Source: Nageia nagi (Eukaryota; Plantae; Pinophyta). From it: a stretch of 64,000 bases of DNA. The position numbers and the translations under genes were made by a program. Positions within the stretch are counted from its first letter, which is position 1. Each line of letters starts with the position of its first letter. The notes under the pieces are model-generated. The model searched no databases. It was given only the letters and a program-made list of their open reading frames with translations, and was not told the DNA's origin. Location of the stretch: positions 147,126,001-147,190,000 of the forward strand of contig JBITNC010000001.1 of the NCBI GenBank assembly GCA_050084985.1, given 5' to 3'. Positions 39,301-53,300 of this stretch are shown in pieces.

Positions 39301-39305
39301 TATTA
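33325..39305 (+). mobile_element. Full-length dead Ty3/gypsy chromovirus (Reina-like) LTR retrotransposon
   Basis: LTRs 33325-33733 and about 38897-39305; TSD TTTAG (33320-33324, 39306-39310); PBS TAGTATCATAGC 33736-33747; PPT AAGAGGGGTGG 38884. Domains: gag FDGDDPIGWI and KGLCYNYGEKF..GHFC; protease LLDSRNAHNFI 35620; [11 protein letters not shown] 36618; RNase H (36867-37208); integrase with LAPKFYGP; chromodomain EVLMQWQGMTLED 38771. Riddled with stops. Confidence 0.97.
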
Positions 39306-40690
39306 TTTAGCCATGTTTTAAAGAAATAAATTTTGAACATGACTATACAAAGGAATAAGAGAATTAAAAAATATCACCTGAATGCACCTATGATGAGCCA
39401 TGAAGAAAAGAGAAAAATATTGACATGAACATTAGCACTAGCACTAACCTTTGTAGATATAACATATCTAAATATTGGATTGGAAATTTATAGTTCTAAG
39501 TAATATGATAACATGTAATGAAAATATGAATCTAAAAAGGAAAAAGACCACGATATCAATTGAAGGGCTATTAGACTGATCTTCATGTAAACACCCTAAT
39601 CATAAAATTTCAACTATTTTTTATGAAAAATAAATGATTTATGAGGATATTAATGTAGAAAGTATATCAAATAAGTATGTTATATAAAAAAATACTAGTT
39701 TTAATGATAATATATGAAGGATTATTATATTAAAGCTAATTAAGTAGATAATAATCGAACATACAAGACTAAACATGAACTTAAATTAAACTCTTGGATA
39801 AAATATGAACACAAATTATAGATGTAATTGATCTCAAACATGCATAAAATGGTTTGAGATGTATGGTATTTCTTGAGTGGTTATCAATATTACCATCTAT
39901 AATCTTATTATTATAACTTTTTTTATGATGATTTTATTTTAGGACCAAATTACCAACCTTAAATTCCCTTGGTATTATCTTCTTAGTTTATGCTCTTTTT
40001 TGATAAACTCTTAGATATTCCAAAGTGTGAATCCTCTTTTTAGCTAAGATTTATAACCATTTCAATTAAGCTTTTATTTATTATTCTTTACAAATACACC
40101 TTGAAAGATGAAATTTCAATCTCTAAAGGAAGGAATAATTCATAATCATATAACAATGAGAAAGGAATGCTGGAAACTTAGCTCATTACCTGAAGTCCAA
40201 TACTAAATTTTCAATTTTATATTTATAGTTTTAGTGTGTTTTGTAATCCTTACACCAATCATAATGCCCCTAACAACCTTTTAACTAACCATAATGCACC
40301 TCACTCTAGGCATAATGTGCCTTAAACACCAGGTATAATGTGCTTAGCACCAAACATAGTACACCTCAACCCTTTGTACTAAACGTAATGTGCCTAAAAA
40401 TAAATCTTCATGGGCTCTTATTGGCATGAGTAGGATTGTAATTTTTAGCTTTCAATTTTTATTAGTTGTTATTATTTTGGGTTATGGTTTTATCTACTTA
40501 TCTTTTAGCATGATAGGGTAAATTTAGAATATTTTTATTTTCTGTTGGATTGGATTGTAACAAGTTGTGATCATGCAACTTGAATTTATATTTAGCACAG
40601 TCTATTTTTTAGTTTATCCAAAACCTATATATATATATATATATATATATTCATTTTTGTAAATCATTTAAAGTAAAATACTTCCTATTT

Positions 40691-43490
40691 TGGTATCAAA
40701 TCTTTATAAAGATATATTTAGTGTAATTGCAAAAAATTATTGAATTCTTTCAATAGACTATGATTCTTTATTTCTTTTATGTTGAGCAATATGGATAAAA
40801 ATAATAATAATATATCCTTCCCAAACTTCTATGGAGAGGAGTATGAGTACTGATATATCAATATGAAGATATTTCTCATATATAAGGGTCTATGGGATAT
40901 AGTTGATAAAGGATACAATGAACTAGCCAACTAGAATAGTGTTTAGGCTAATGATAAGATTTTTAAGGAGGATTAAAAGGATAAATAATTTGCACTTTAT
41001 CATATAAAAGGTTCATTGGATAAGACCATCCTCCCTAGGATTGCTTCAACCCTTGATGCATGAAAATTAGTCAAGGAGAGCTATCAAGGTAACACCCAAG
41101 TAAACAAGTGAGGTGGCAAACTGTCAAGAGAGATTTTAAGAATTCAATATGCAAGCCATTGAGATAGTGGGGGATTATTGTATGAGAGATAAACCATGTG
41201 TATATAATATGAATACTTAGAGTAATTTCAAGAAGATGAGTCCCACTTTTGGCAAAAAAGTGAAAGTATTTTCTTTGATTTTTAGGTTTTCTCATACTTG
41301 ATCTCAAAATTTGAAGCACTTAGAGTCTAATTTTTGAAAAAGGTCACTTGCGTAAAAATGTAGTTCTCAAAGTATAGTTTTCAAATATGTAATTTATTAT
41401 AATATAAAAATAATATAAATTAACATTTGGTAGGCATGTTTAAAAGCCACTATTTACAAAATACAATTTTGAGACCATACCCTAATTGTGTCTAACGAGC
41501 ATAATTGGAATTAAAATATATTTTAAAATCCATTTGAGAAAAGATACCTAAGACACTAAATATTATGAAGGATATTTTTTGTAATTTTTTCATGAATATT
41601 TTATTTTTTTTATAAAAAATTTATTGACCATGATTACCATTTCAAAAATTGCTTATGTCCAGCAAGTATAATTTGACCTAAACTTATCATTTTTAATTTG
41701 TTTTTATTTTATCTTATGAAGAATCATATGCAAATTGTGCACATATATTATTTTTTTACAATTAAAAAAAGTTATTAAATAAAAAACAAAACCCACTATT
41801 TAAAAAATACAATTTTAGGACCATACCCATTGTGTTCGTCAAGCATAATTGGACCTAAATTAAAATATTTTTTTAAGTACTTTTGATTAAAGATACCTAA
41901 TATACTAAATATTGTGAAGGGTATTTTTTTATATTTTTTTCATGAATATTTTATTTTTTTATTGATTTTTTACTATCCATGATTTTCATTTTGAAAAATG
42001 TTCATATTCAACAAGCATAATTTGAATAAAACTTATCATTTTTAATTTATTTTTTATTTAACTTGTGAATAATTGTATGCATATTATGCACATATATTAT
42101 TTTTTCATAATTTTAAAAATATAAAAATTTATTAAACAAATACAAAAACTTAAATTATTCATAAGACTTCCTCCAAATTGGGACTCATCTTCTTGCACTT
42201 ACCCTTTATAGAGAGGATATTTTGAAAAATGGATATAGTGAAATAATTGTTGAGAACACTTCTTCCCAAGTGGAACCAATTAGTTATCATAATTAAAAAT
42301 TCCAAAGATGTATCAACTCTTACTAATGATAAGCTCATAAGCTCCTTCATATCACATAAAGAGAGGCTCCAATATCCTACATAATCATCGATTACAGTTG
42401 ATGAGAAGAAGAATCTTACAATAAAGGAGGTTAAAGATTCCAATGCATAAGAGATGAAGGGAGAGGTCAACCATATTAAAGAGGAAGGGAAAAAGGAAGG
42501 AGAGGAGCTACAAATGGAAGAGGTAGATGTGGTTCAAATGTAGAGGAGATAAGAAAAATAAATAATGTTACTACTATAATAATTTTGGGCAATATGAGAG
42601 GGAGTGTAGAGCAAAGGTTTTTCAAGAAGGAGCAAGTGCAACCAATTATGGAGAGTAGGATAGGATATCCACTTTATTTTTGTCTTATGGGAAACTAATC
42701 ATAATATGAACAATGAAATTTAGATTTTAGATACAAGTACCTCTAATCACATAATCAAAAAAGAAGAGTTACTTGCCACAACTTTGATAAAGTTCTCTTT
42801 CATGTCCAAGATAAAGCTTGGAGATGACAATGTATTAATTGTGAAAGGTATAGGAACTATGAAGTTCAAAACCAAAGAGGGTACCAAGAAAGTAAATAAC
42901 ATCTACTACACTCTTAATCTCAAACACAATTTGCTATATGTGGGATAAATTATGAAGAAAAATTGTAAGCCTAAGATGGAAAGTGTATGATCTATGATAA
43001 GAACAATGGTCACAAGCTAGTCATTACAGTCTCAATGATCAAGAATAGATTATACCCACTCAAATTCTATGTAGATTATGTCCAACTAGAAAATGTAGCT
43101 ATGGAGAATACGAATTGGCTTTTGCATATGAGATATGACCATGTAAGCTTCCCAAGTTTGAGAATGTTGATATCTCAACAAATGACCCATGGCCTTGCCA
43201 AGATTAAAGAATGTATGGATAATATCAACCACTACCAACTCTAATAGCTCATGGAAAGCTATTATGTAAAGATGATAGAATACCAAAGGTTGATGTAATC
43301 ATATTTAGAAGCTTAATTAGGAGCTTGATGTTCTTCACCAAATCTAGGTTGAATATTTCCCATAGTGTCTCACTTGTGTCAAGTTACATGAGTGACTCTA
43401 TTGAAGATCACATGAAGGTAACGAAGAGGATTATGAGGTATGTTAATCACACATTGGATTTTGGAATATACTACTACAATAACCAAATCC
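40691..43490 (+). mobile_element. Internally deleted Ty1/copia relic interrupted by a ~1.1-kb insertion
   Basis: PBS TGGTATCAAA 40691; gag FYGEEYEY..KGLWDIVDKGY; after the insertion LLRTLLPKWNQLV, knuckle CYYYNNFGQYEREC, protease ILDTSTSNHI, GAG-pre-integrase WLLHMRYDHV, then a jump to the RT C-terminus (KRIMRYVNHTLDFGIYY). Confidence 0.85.
41065..42155. repeat. Non-coding insertion in copia gag with a ~345-bp internal tandem duplication; dispersed repeat family
   Basis: CCACTATTTA.AAAATACAATTTT..GACCATACC at about 41448 and 41793. TTGATCTCAAAATTTGAAGCACTT...AAAATGTAG...ATAGTTTTCAAATAT is shared with about 56690-56945. Confidence 0.7.
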
Positions 43491-45530
43491 AAAGAATCAT
43501 AACCATTGAGATAGTTAAAAAATTCTACGATGTGTATTCACCTCATTTAGATGCTTAATCTTGCATAATAACATAACCAAAAAACTTCAACATTTTTATG
43601 GTACCTAAAATAGATTCAAATAAAAAATAAGGATTGTATCATCAAATATTAATGTTGATTTAAATATGATATGACTATTTATATTTTTTTTTACACAAAG
43701 GTATTAGGTTATAATTTAGTTTCAAAAATATCAATAATTACCCTTTTGATTCATAGAAGAGGGTAATAGAGAATAGGAAATAATGAATTAATAATAAATT
43801 CTCATTAAAGCTATAAGTCAATTTTTTGATTCAATAAAATTGAAGTTTTTTCAAGATACTAAAATTTTCAATTAGGGGATTTACTAAAGAGGCTAAGGCC
43901 CTCTTTCCTTGTAGCATCTACTCATTTTTTAAATTTTACTTATATTGTGATTGTTAATTTTATTATTTATTTTTATTTTCATTACTCTTTATTATGATAA
44001 TTATTTTAATTTAAATAGTTATAAGTATTATAAGTTATTACAATCTATTACATTTCATTCATGTTAAATGTGAGTATGTTCTATTCCATATTGTACTAAA
44101 TGAAAAATTACCAAAAATATTATATTACTTATCATTTCCTATTTCAATTTAACTTATAATTTCCTCAAATTTATGTTAATAAGTCTTTGGTTACACATTC
44201 TTGATGAGCATTGCATATATATCATAAAGTAAAATGTAGTTACTATTGCAAATAGTCTTCAATATTATCCTAGATTGATAAGAATCAAATGGTGATATGA
44301 TAACCTTCCACATACTTTAATGAAATATAACTAGTATGAATATACCCCCCTATCAATCATCAACACCCTAGGTTTCTTCTTAGATAAATTATTTAGGTTC
44401 CATTATTATCCAAAGCATATTTGTACCCTTTTTCGACCTCCTATAAATACTTTTTCCTTATGAGGTGTTTATCACATCACAAGATCAAAGAAGTTAGCAT
44501 TATATCAAAAAATGTAACTATGAATACAATTATAAGTGCAATGTTAATTACAATCATAAGTACAAGAATAATGGCTAATGCCATTTATGTAATCCTATAA
44601 CATAGTTCTAAAAAATATCTTAAATACATAAATCATAGGAGGGTATCATGTTATTGATATGCTTCATAAATGGGGCCATGATAAATTTGAGACTAAAGTA
44701 AGATGAAATCATATATAGAAGTTTAAGATTGGGTATAAAGAAATAATGAATCAATGGTTGGACCTTATACTATCTCCTTTTAGCAATTAAAGGAAATTAA
44801 ATCAAATAAATGACTTACTTAGGAAGTAACTCCCACCATGGATGTAAGATGGGGAAATAATGCTAAAGGTAGCATTGGAGATAAAATTCACTTACATAGT
44901 TTTATTGAATGTAGATTCTATATATAATAATCCAATATTTGTTTTCTAAAAAAAATGATAAAAAAAATCATTAAACATATTAAAAATTCTCAAATAAGAA
45001 AACTCATAATCTTTAGTATTTATAATATCAAAAGCTTTACAATATTAACCTAAACATAAATGATCAAATGTTTAGGCTTGTTAATTCAAAAAATATCCTT
45101 CCATTTTATCATTATGCCATTATGAAACAACCTAAAGCCTCGAGAATGTTTGTGATCTTATTCAATATTATCCATCCATAAAGTTTCAATTGCCATCGTT
45201 TCAAGACAAGTAACATGGATATAAAGTGTCGAAAAAAATTAGGTTTTCTGTTATAATTGGTAAAATCTTCGATTTGAAAGTGTTGGAAACTACTGAATAA
45301 AGTGTAACCTAATGAACTAGAACATGATCTCGCTTGCTTCATAAGGGCCTAAAGCTTGAAATGTTATTCAAGCACTAGTCTAACTTAAAAGATTTACGGG
45401 AGATGGCGCTGCTGAGGAGGTTCATTTCTTTCCACAGATTTCTTCAAGAAATCCCACTTTGGTTCCTCTTTGATCTCTTGCCTCGACTAAACCACAAAGA
45501 AAAGAAAGAAAGAGTGTTGAATTCAGAACG

Positions 45531-46770
45531 ATGCTGCAAGAAGGAGCTTCAGCTTCGGAACCCATCCAAATTGATAATCAAAGTATTCCACAGGACCTCA
45601 GCCAACAAACCCCCCTGACGAAGAAAGAGAAGAAGAATTACCAGAAGGTCTTCTTACGACGGGACACTATCACGACGCCCTTGTCTTCTTCTCGACAATC
45701 AGGTGGAGGAAGAGAACGGCACCCGCAATTATCTGCCGCTTCCTCACATTCCCTCGCATTGTTTACACAAGTTCATCGACGAAAGTGGAGTCCGGCAGGT
45801 GGACGAGATTGTGGCATGCTCCGGAGGATACCTTAGTTATCACCTTCACCATTTGAAGTGCTTCTTGATTTGCCATCCTGCAAGAAAATCCTCAGAATTC
45901 TTCATTTTCTATGGCAAAACATTTCGCCCATCTTCCATATTGGCAGTATTTATGCAAGCCAGAGGTCACAGAAATATGCGGCTCCAGGTTCTTGTTCGAG
46001 GTGATCAAGAAGAAGGGACTCACTTTACTTGTTTCAAGGTGTGTTCGTATACTTACGATAGCGCAACTGACGATGCGAATGGGGAGACACCTTGGACTCG
46101 GGGAAACAACTACTTCAAGCAGATCTGTGAGGTAGGAGATAAGCCTCCTCCCATTTTAAGCTGTCAAAAAGAAGGATAAAGAACGATTTACACTTTGGGT
46201 TTAGATAATTCTGATAAGAGTTTCAAAATCTGGAAATTGGGAGAGAGGTGGTATCGTTTGGGAGTTTTACATGAGGGTAATATTGTATGTTCTGTGCCTT
46301 GAAACCACTTTATGGAGCGAAATATAAACAGATAAGTTCGGCCTTGTTTTCCTACAAAAATGGTCTGTTTATAATGAGTTACTTTTTAAAGAATGACATG
46401 GATAGAAACGGAGAACGAATCGGTCTGTGGAGGTTAGAACTTGTACTCAATCCTCATGAACAAAGATATTCTCAGGTGAAGGTGGTTGAGTTTCCAAGGG
46501 CTTTGTGGTGCTTCCCAAAGCGAGGGCAGTATGATTTTATACAGTTCAAGGATTCTTTCGCAGTGTTTGACGTCAAATATGGATGTTGGCGTGCATATAA
46601 TTATGTGACCCGCAAGTTTTACACATTTGGAAGCTGCAACTTGCATCCCGGAATCTCAGATCTCAGGGCTTTCCAATATAAATCTTCTCCTCCTGCAGGT
46701 GGCATCCACCTCTGGGTCTCCCTTTATCTCAATCCGGAATGCAGAATAATCCGAGTTGAATTACAGGAAA
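45531..46770 (+). pseudogene. Disrupted paralogue of the 19854-21092 gene
   Basis: Aligns end to end. 1-nt deletions near 45612 and 45654, GAA-to-TAA nonsense at 46177-46179, a 2-nt insertion near 46290-46298, C-terminal indels near 46700-46730, and TGA-to-CGA loss of the stop. Confidence 0.9.
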
Positions 46771-47314
46771 TAAAGAAAAAAAGTTGTAAAAGATGGATAC
46801 ACTTTGTATTTTCTCATCTTTCATTTTGGTTCTTTTTATGGTCAACTTTATTCAAATATTGGCTGTCTTTTAGTTTCTGCAATGGGTACAAAGCAAAAGG
46901 ATGCAGGGAGGTGTATTCATTTAATGATAGTGGGATGTTGGTTTGAGGTCGTCATGATGGAAATTTGTTGCTACGATGTTGATAAATAATTAGAAATTAT
47001 TATATTTCCTCTAATTCTCAATTTCAACGAGAGCAAAGAGTAATTTATAGCTGAATTGGAAATAAAATGTACAATGATATTGGAATTTCTTCCTCTCTTT
47101 TAATATCAATGTTTGTTCTTGACTTTTGGCCAATACTATTCTCATCTTTGGAACGACATACTGTTTTCAGCAGTGGAACCATCCACTAACTAGTTTAAGG
47201 GGTAACTTAAAAGATTTGAACCTTGATCTTAAGTTTTAATCTATTTTTCTTTCTTCAACTTCTCATTAAATTTTTTTCATGTTTTTGGAATTATATCATG
47301 TAGTTTTCTTGTAA

Positions 47315-50300
47315 TTTTTTTTTTGATGTAAAGTTGGTTTGTATTAAAAATAGAAATATATAAACTTACAACAAAAAAGGTTTGGATGGTAGATGGGATA
47401 CCTTAGAGTCATGGGATTTAAAATAGAAACTAAAGTCACCGACAACATAAAATAACCATGTGAGGATTACAAAACTATAAAAAGCATAGACTTAAACTAC
47501 TCTCCCTGGGGAGAGAATGGTTGGTGATCATCTTCATCCACCAAATTTTGTCAACTTTTAGTAGGTATCATAAAAATACCCCAACTTGAGTTGTCAAGGC
47601 ATTTAAGTGACTTGGGAATTGCATCCCACCCACTAGCCATAGATGTAGGAGCCTTTAAATCGGGTTCAGTTTTCCAATCGCCAATCGCTCTGATAACTCC
47701 CTTCACCTCTGGATGAGGCCCCCAACCATCAATACGATGAGAAGAATCTGCCAACAGTGGAGGTAGGGCACTCCAGTCACGATGAGGGAGAGGGAATTGA
47801 GCTTGGATGTGTTGCAAAGGGTGATGAAATTGTTGATACCTAGAATGGGAGCACTTATGGGAAGGGGGCTTCAAAGAAACCCTAGTAACAACATATAGAG
47901 CACTTCTCCAAAAATACAAAAGGAAATGCAAGTTGCTAAGCTCCATCTGAACTTTGTTAATCTAAAATAAATTTGCAATCAAGCATCATGGAAAATCAAC
48001 AACATGTTAGTGAGAGAGAAAGTGGAATAAGATGGTAGTACAAATATGTGTTAAATCTCAAAATGAGCCAAAGAGAAATATGGAGAATCCCTTAGCAAAA
48101 TATGGAACCAAGTAAATGAGTTGCACATGTATGAGCAAAAAAAGGACTCAATGCAATGCCATTTAGACCTAGCTTTTGGGCATTCCTACAAAATATGAAA
48201 GAAAGACTTTGGTTGATTACAAAAAATACAACATGGGTCAAAAACCCCAATATGGACCAATTGAGGCCTCAGTGGAAGACTTTGAGATAATAGACATGAA
48301 GCAAAAAATAAGAACTTTGGGTCAAGGTAAGATTTTGAAACTATCTCAAATTGAGTTCTCTACTTAGATCTAGTAGAAATTATATGCCACTTAAGATTAA
48401 GCTTATCATGTATGGGAAGGCTTGGAGAAACCTACAAATATTTTGTTCTAGACTTGTAGTTATGAAATGGGGTTACTTTATGCAATTACCATTTTGATCA
48501 CCATGTCCTTTGATCTTGACAGTAAAGTTTAAAGAGAACTAATAAAGGGACATTATTCAAGACTTCCTCATAAGTACTCTTATCATTTGGGCAAATCACA
48601 TACTTGGATTCAAACAAAGGCCAAGAGAGCTAATCTCTATCATGCAGAAAATAGGAACCCAACAAAGCAGCATTACCTTTCTTATAAAATCTTAAGCATA
48701 AATCCAAGGAAAAGTAGAAAGTGGTAAACCTTGAATAATAAAAATTCAAGATAACCACACATTCAAATTCTTAGCAAAAAAACTCTTACGAGAGTCTAAA
48801 TCTTTTTACTAAAGTCAAGATTTAATTTGCTTCCATACTTTCCAAATACTCTTGATACCAAAAGAGCTAGAAATGGTACATGAAACTGGAGCAATGAAGA
48901 GGGAAGCATAGCCCATACCCTTCCAAGTTCAGTAATTTAGAGGAAGCTCCTTAGAATTAAAATACCAAAATTAAACCGTCTAGGACTCTTCTCTTGAAAT
49001 AATTTGAAGAAGCCATTTGGCATAAGAGAGTAGTACCTTTTCTATTGTAATAAAAAATTCCCATACCATATGAAGACTAAGGGAGATAACAATTTTTCCA
49101 AGTAACCCTATGAAACCCCCTTTTATCTTAAGGATTGGAAAAAAAAAAATCCTTGAGCAACAACTCAAATTTCAGAAAGTAATTCTTAGATAGAACCTAG
49201 TAAGAGGAGTAATAAATATGGGTGGTAGCCAAAACCTTAGAACAAATTTAAAACTTTCCAACCAAAGAAAGATTCTTTGTAAACCAATATTCCAACTTTT
49301 GTTCAACTTTTTGAACAATAATAGACCAAATATTGGTAGGGGATGATTGAAAAGAAAAAGTGATACCTAAAAATTTAACACCTCCTTAGGATTAATCTAA
49401 TGCCATTGAAAATCACAAAGCTATGAGGGCATATCAATAACAGACTATCAATAACAATAAGTCTTACACAATTGCACACTCAAACAGAAGCTTGACAAAA
49501 GCTATTAAGACAAGAAATGACATGATGAACAAATTTCTCTTCCTCTTTTAGATTCAAGTAAGAATCATATACAAAATGACCATTAATAGATAGAGAGATA
49601 CCATTAATATTACAAATAGACACTTGTTACACCAAATGATAACTAAAAGCTTCAACTATTAAAGTTGGTTTGTATTAAAAATAGAAATATATAAACTTAC
49701 AACAAAAAAGGTTTGGATGGTAGATGGGATACCTTAGAGTCATGGGATTTAAAATAGAAACTAAAGTCACCGACAACATAAAATAACCATATGAGGATTA
49801 CAAAACTATAAAAAGCATAGACTTAAACTACTCTCCCTGGGGAGAGAATGGTTGGTGATCATCTTCATCCACCAAATTTTGTCAACTTTTAGTAGGTATC
49901 ATAAAAATACCCCAACTTGAGTTGTCAAGGCATTTAAGTGACTTGGGAATTGCATCCCACCCACTAGCCATAGATGTAGGAGCCTTTAAATCGGGTTCAT
50001 TTTTCCAATCGCCAATCGCTCTGATAACTCCCTTCACCTCTGGATGAGGCCCCCAACCATCAATAGATGAGAAGAATCTGCCAACAGTGGAGGTAGGGCA
50101 CTCTAGTCAAGATGAGGGAGAGGGAATTGAGCTTGGATGTGTTGCAAAGGGTGATGAAATTGTTGATACCTAGAATGGGGGCACTTATGGGAAGGGGCTT
50201 CAGAGAAACCCTAGTAACAACATATAGAGCATTTCTCCAAAAATACAAAAGGAAATGCAAGTTGCTAAGCTCCATCTGAACTTTGTTAATCTAAAATAAA

Positions 50301-53300
50301 TTTGCAATCAATCATCGTGGAAAATCAACAACATGTTAGTGAGAGAGAAAGTGGAATAAGATGGTAGTACAAAATATGTGTTAAATCTCAAAATGAGCCA
50401 AAGAGAAATATGGAGAATCCCTTAGCAAAATATGGAACCAAGTAAATGAGTTGCACATGTATGAGCAAAAAAAGGACTCAATGCAATGCCATTTAGACCT
50501 AGCTTTTGGGCATTCCTATAAAATATGAAAGTAAGACTTTGGTTGATTACAAAAAATACAACATGGGTCAAAAACCCCCATATGGACCAACTGAGGCCTC
50601 AGTGGAAGACTTTGAGACAATAGACATGAAGCAAAAAATAAGAACTTTGGGTCAAGGTAAGATTTTGAAACTATCTCAAATTGAGTTCTCTAATTAGATC
50701 TATTAGAAATGATATGCCACTTAAGATTAAGCTTATCATGTATGGGAAGGCTTGGAGAAACCTACAAATATTTTATTCTAGGCTTGTAGTTATGAAATGG
50801 GGTTACTTTATGCAATTACCATTTTGATCACCATGGCCTTTGAGCTTAACAGTAAAGCTTAAAGAGAACTAATAAAGGGACATTATTCAAGACTTCCTCA
50901 TAAGTACTCTTATCATTTGGGAAAAGCACATACTTGGACTCATACAAAGGCCAAGAGAGCTAATCTCTATCATGCACAAAATAGAAACCCAACAAAGGAG
51001 CATTACCTTTCTTATAAAATCTTAAGCATAAATCCAAGGAAAAGTAGAAAGTGGTAAACCTTGAATAATAAAAATTCAAGATAACCACACATTCAAATTC
51101 TTAGCAAAAAAACTCTTACGAGAGTCTAAATCTTTTTAGTAAAGTCAAGATTTAATTTGCTTCCATACTTTCCAAATACTCTTGATACCAAAAGAGCTAG
51201 AAATGGTACATGAAACTGGAGTAATGAAGAGGGAAGCATAGCCCATACCCTTCCAAGTTTAGTAATTTAGAGGAAGCTCCTTAGGATTAAAATACCAAAA
51301 TTAAACTTTCTAGGACTCTTCTCTTGAAATAATTTGAAGAACCCATTTGGCTTAAGAGAGTAGTACCTTTTCTATTGTAATAAAAAATTCCCATACCATA
51401 TGAAGACTAAGGGAGATAACAATTTTTCCAAGTAACCCTATGAAACCCCCTTTTATCTTAAGAATTGGAAAAAAAAAATCCTTGAGCAACAACTCAAATT
51501 TGAGAAAGTAATTCTTAGATAGAACCTAGTAAGAGGAGTAATAAACATGGGTGGTAGCCAAAACCTTAGAATAAATTTAAAACTTTCCAACCAAAGAAAG
51601 ATTCTTTGTAAACCAATATTACAACTTTTGTTCAAATTTTTGAACAATAATAGACCAAATATTGGTAGGGGATGATTGAAAAGAAAAAGTGATACCTAAA
51701 AATTTAACACCTCCTTAGGATTAATCTAATGCCATTGAAAATCACAAAGCTATGAGGGCATATCAATAGCAGACTATCAATAACAATAAATCTTACACAA
51801 TTGCACACTCAAACTAGAAGCTTGAAAAAAGCTATTAAGATAAGAAATGACATGATGAAAAAATTTCTCTTCCTCTTTTAGAGTCAAGTAAGAATCATAT
51901 GCAAAATGACCATTAACAGATAGAGAGATACCCTTAATATTACCAATAGACACTTATTACACCAAATGATAACTAAAGTCTTTAGCTATTAAAATGTAGA
52001 GAAAAGGGGCTAGAGGGAAACCTTGATGCACAATATAAAATAGACCAATAGCAAAGGAATGTGAACCATTAATGGAAAGCACAACAATCTCATCCTAAAA
52101 TAATATGTGAACCAAGTGAATAAAATATTGCCCAAACCCAAGGGTTCTGAACATGGCAAGAATAAAATGCCACTCAATTCTATCATAAGCCTTCTCAAAA
52201 TCAATCTTAACAAAAAGAGTAGCTTTGCTAGCTAATCCTAGCCCACTCCATTCTTTCCCAGATATCTAAAATATTATTAAGAATATAATGGCCTTTGATA
52301 AAACTAGGTTGCTAACAATGAACAATTAGAGGAAGAAGAGGTTGTAGCTTTAAAGTAAGATCTTTAGCTATGATCTTATAAATCACATTCAAAAGAGTAA
52401 TGGACCTTCAATTTGTAATAACTTTAGGATCATCTAGCTTAGGAATAAACTTAATCACTTTCTTATTGATTATTTTGCCCAAATACTCATAATGCATAGC
52501 TTCTTTATAAACCTTAAGAAGATCGGTACCAATTATATCCCAAAAAAATTGAAAACATCATAGGAAAAACCATCTAATCCTAGAGATTTTTTAGTGGATA
52601 TTTGAGCAAGAGCTTCTTTTAAATCATCCAACAATAAGGTTTAATCACACTCTAACCATTGAGAAGTATATAATTTATTGGGCATGGCAGCCATATAGGT
52701 AGAAACAAACTCGAGGATTTAAGCATTAGGTTTTTGTGAATTAAAAACATGAGTAACATCACTCAAAAATCTTAGATACATTAGCAATGAAGGTGACCCA
52801 AGTTTGACCATCAAGAATGGCTTTGAATTTAGTATCTTGATGGGGTGGGTGGAGCTGATTGAAAAATTTCTTAATCACTTTATCATCCACTTTAAGCCAA
52901 TGTATTCTAGCTTTAATTTGAGCACCTTGAGCTCCATAGCTATTTGTGATATTAAGCTTTTCATGAATTTGAGTAGCTTAAGACTAAACTACAATAGAGA
53001 AAGGATCTTCTTTAAATTGAAGTGTAACTATGATCAATTCCTCTTATAAAGAGGTATTAGAATTTTATCTAGTTTAAGTAAACTTCTATCCATGGGTGCA
53101 AAGAAACATCATTGTATGAGATATAGTATAATTCCACCACTTAATGTGCCATGAATGCTAGTAGGAAGGGGAATTAACTCTCAAATACAATGAATATGAG
53201 TAAGCATTACAGGGGAACTTAGAAATAATGTATTCAAAAAGAACTAATTCATGCATTATATAAGAAGTAGATGGTCATGAGTAATGGTGAATCAAATATG

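Noticed and set aside
47172-47194. Hairpin AGTGGA-ACCA-TCCACT followed by AACTAGT as a Helitron 3' end that mobilised copy B
   Set aside because: The hairpin is only 2 nt from CTAG, and A/B homology resumes beyond the LINE at 55338, so the duplication does not end here.
47551-47946. 131-aa ORF and its twin at 50060-50275 as a duplicated gene
   Set aside because: They lie within the 3' end of LINE ORF2 and differ by frameshifts; they are products of the tandem duplication.
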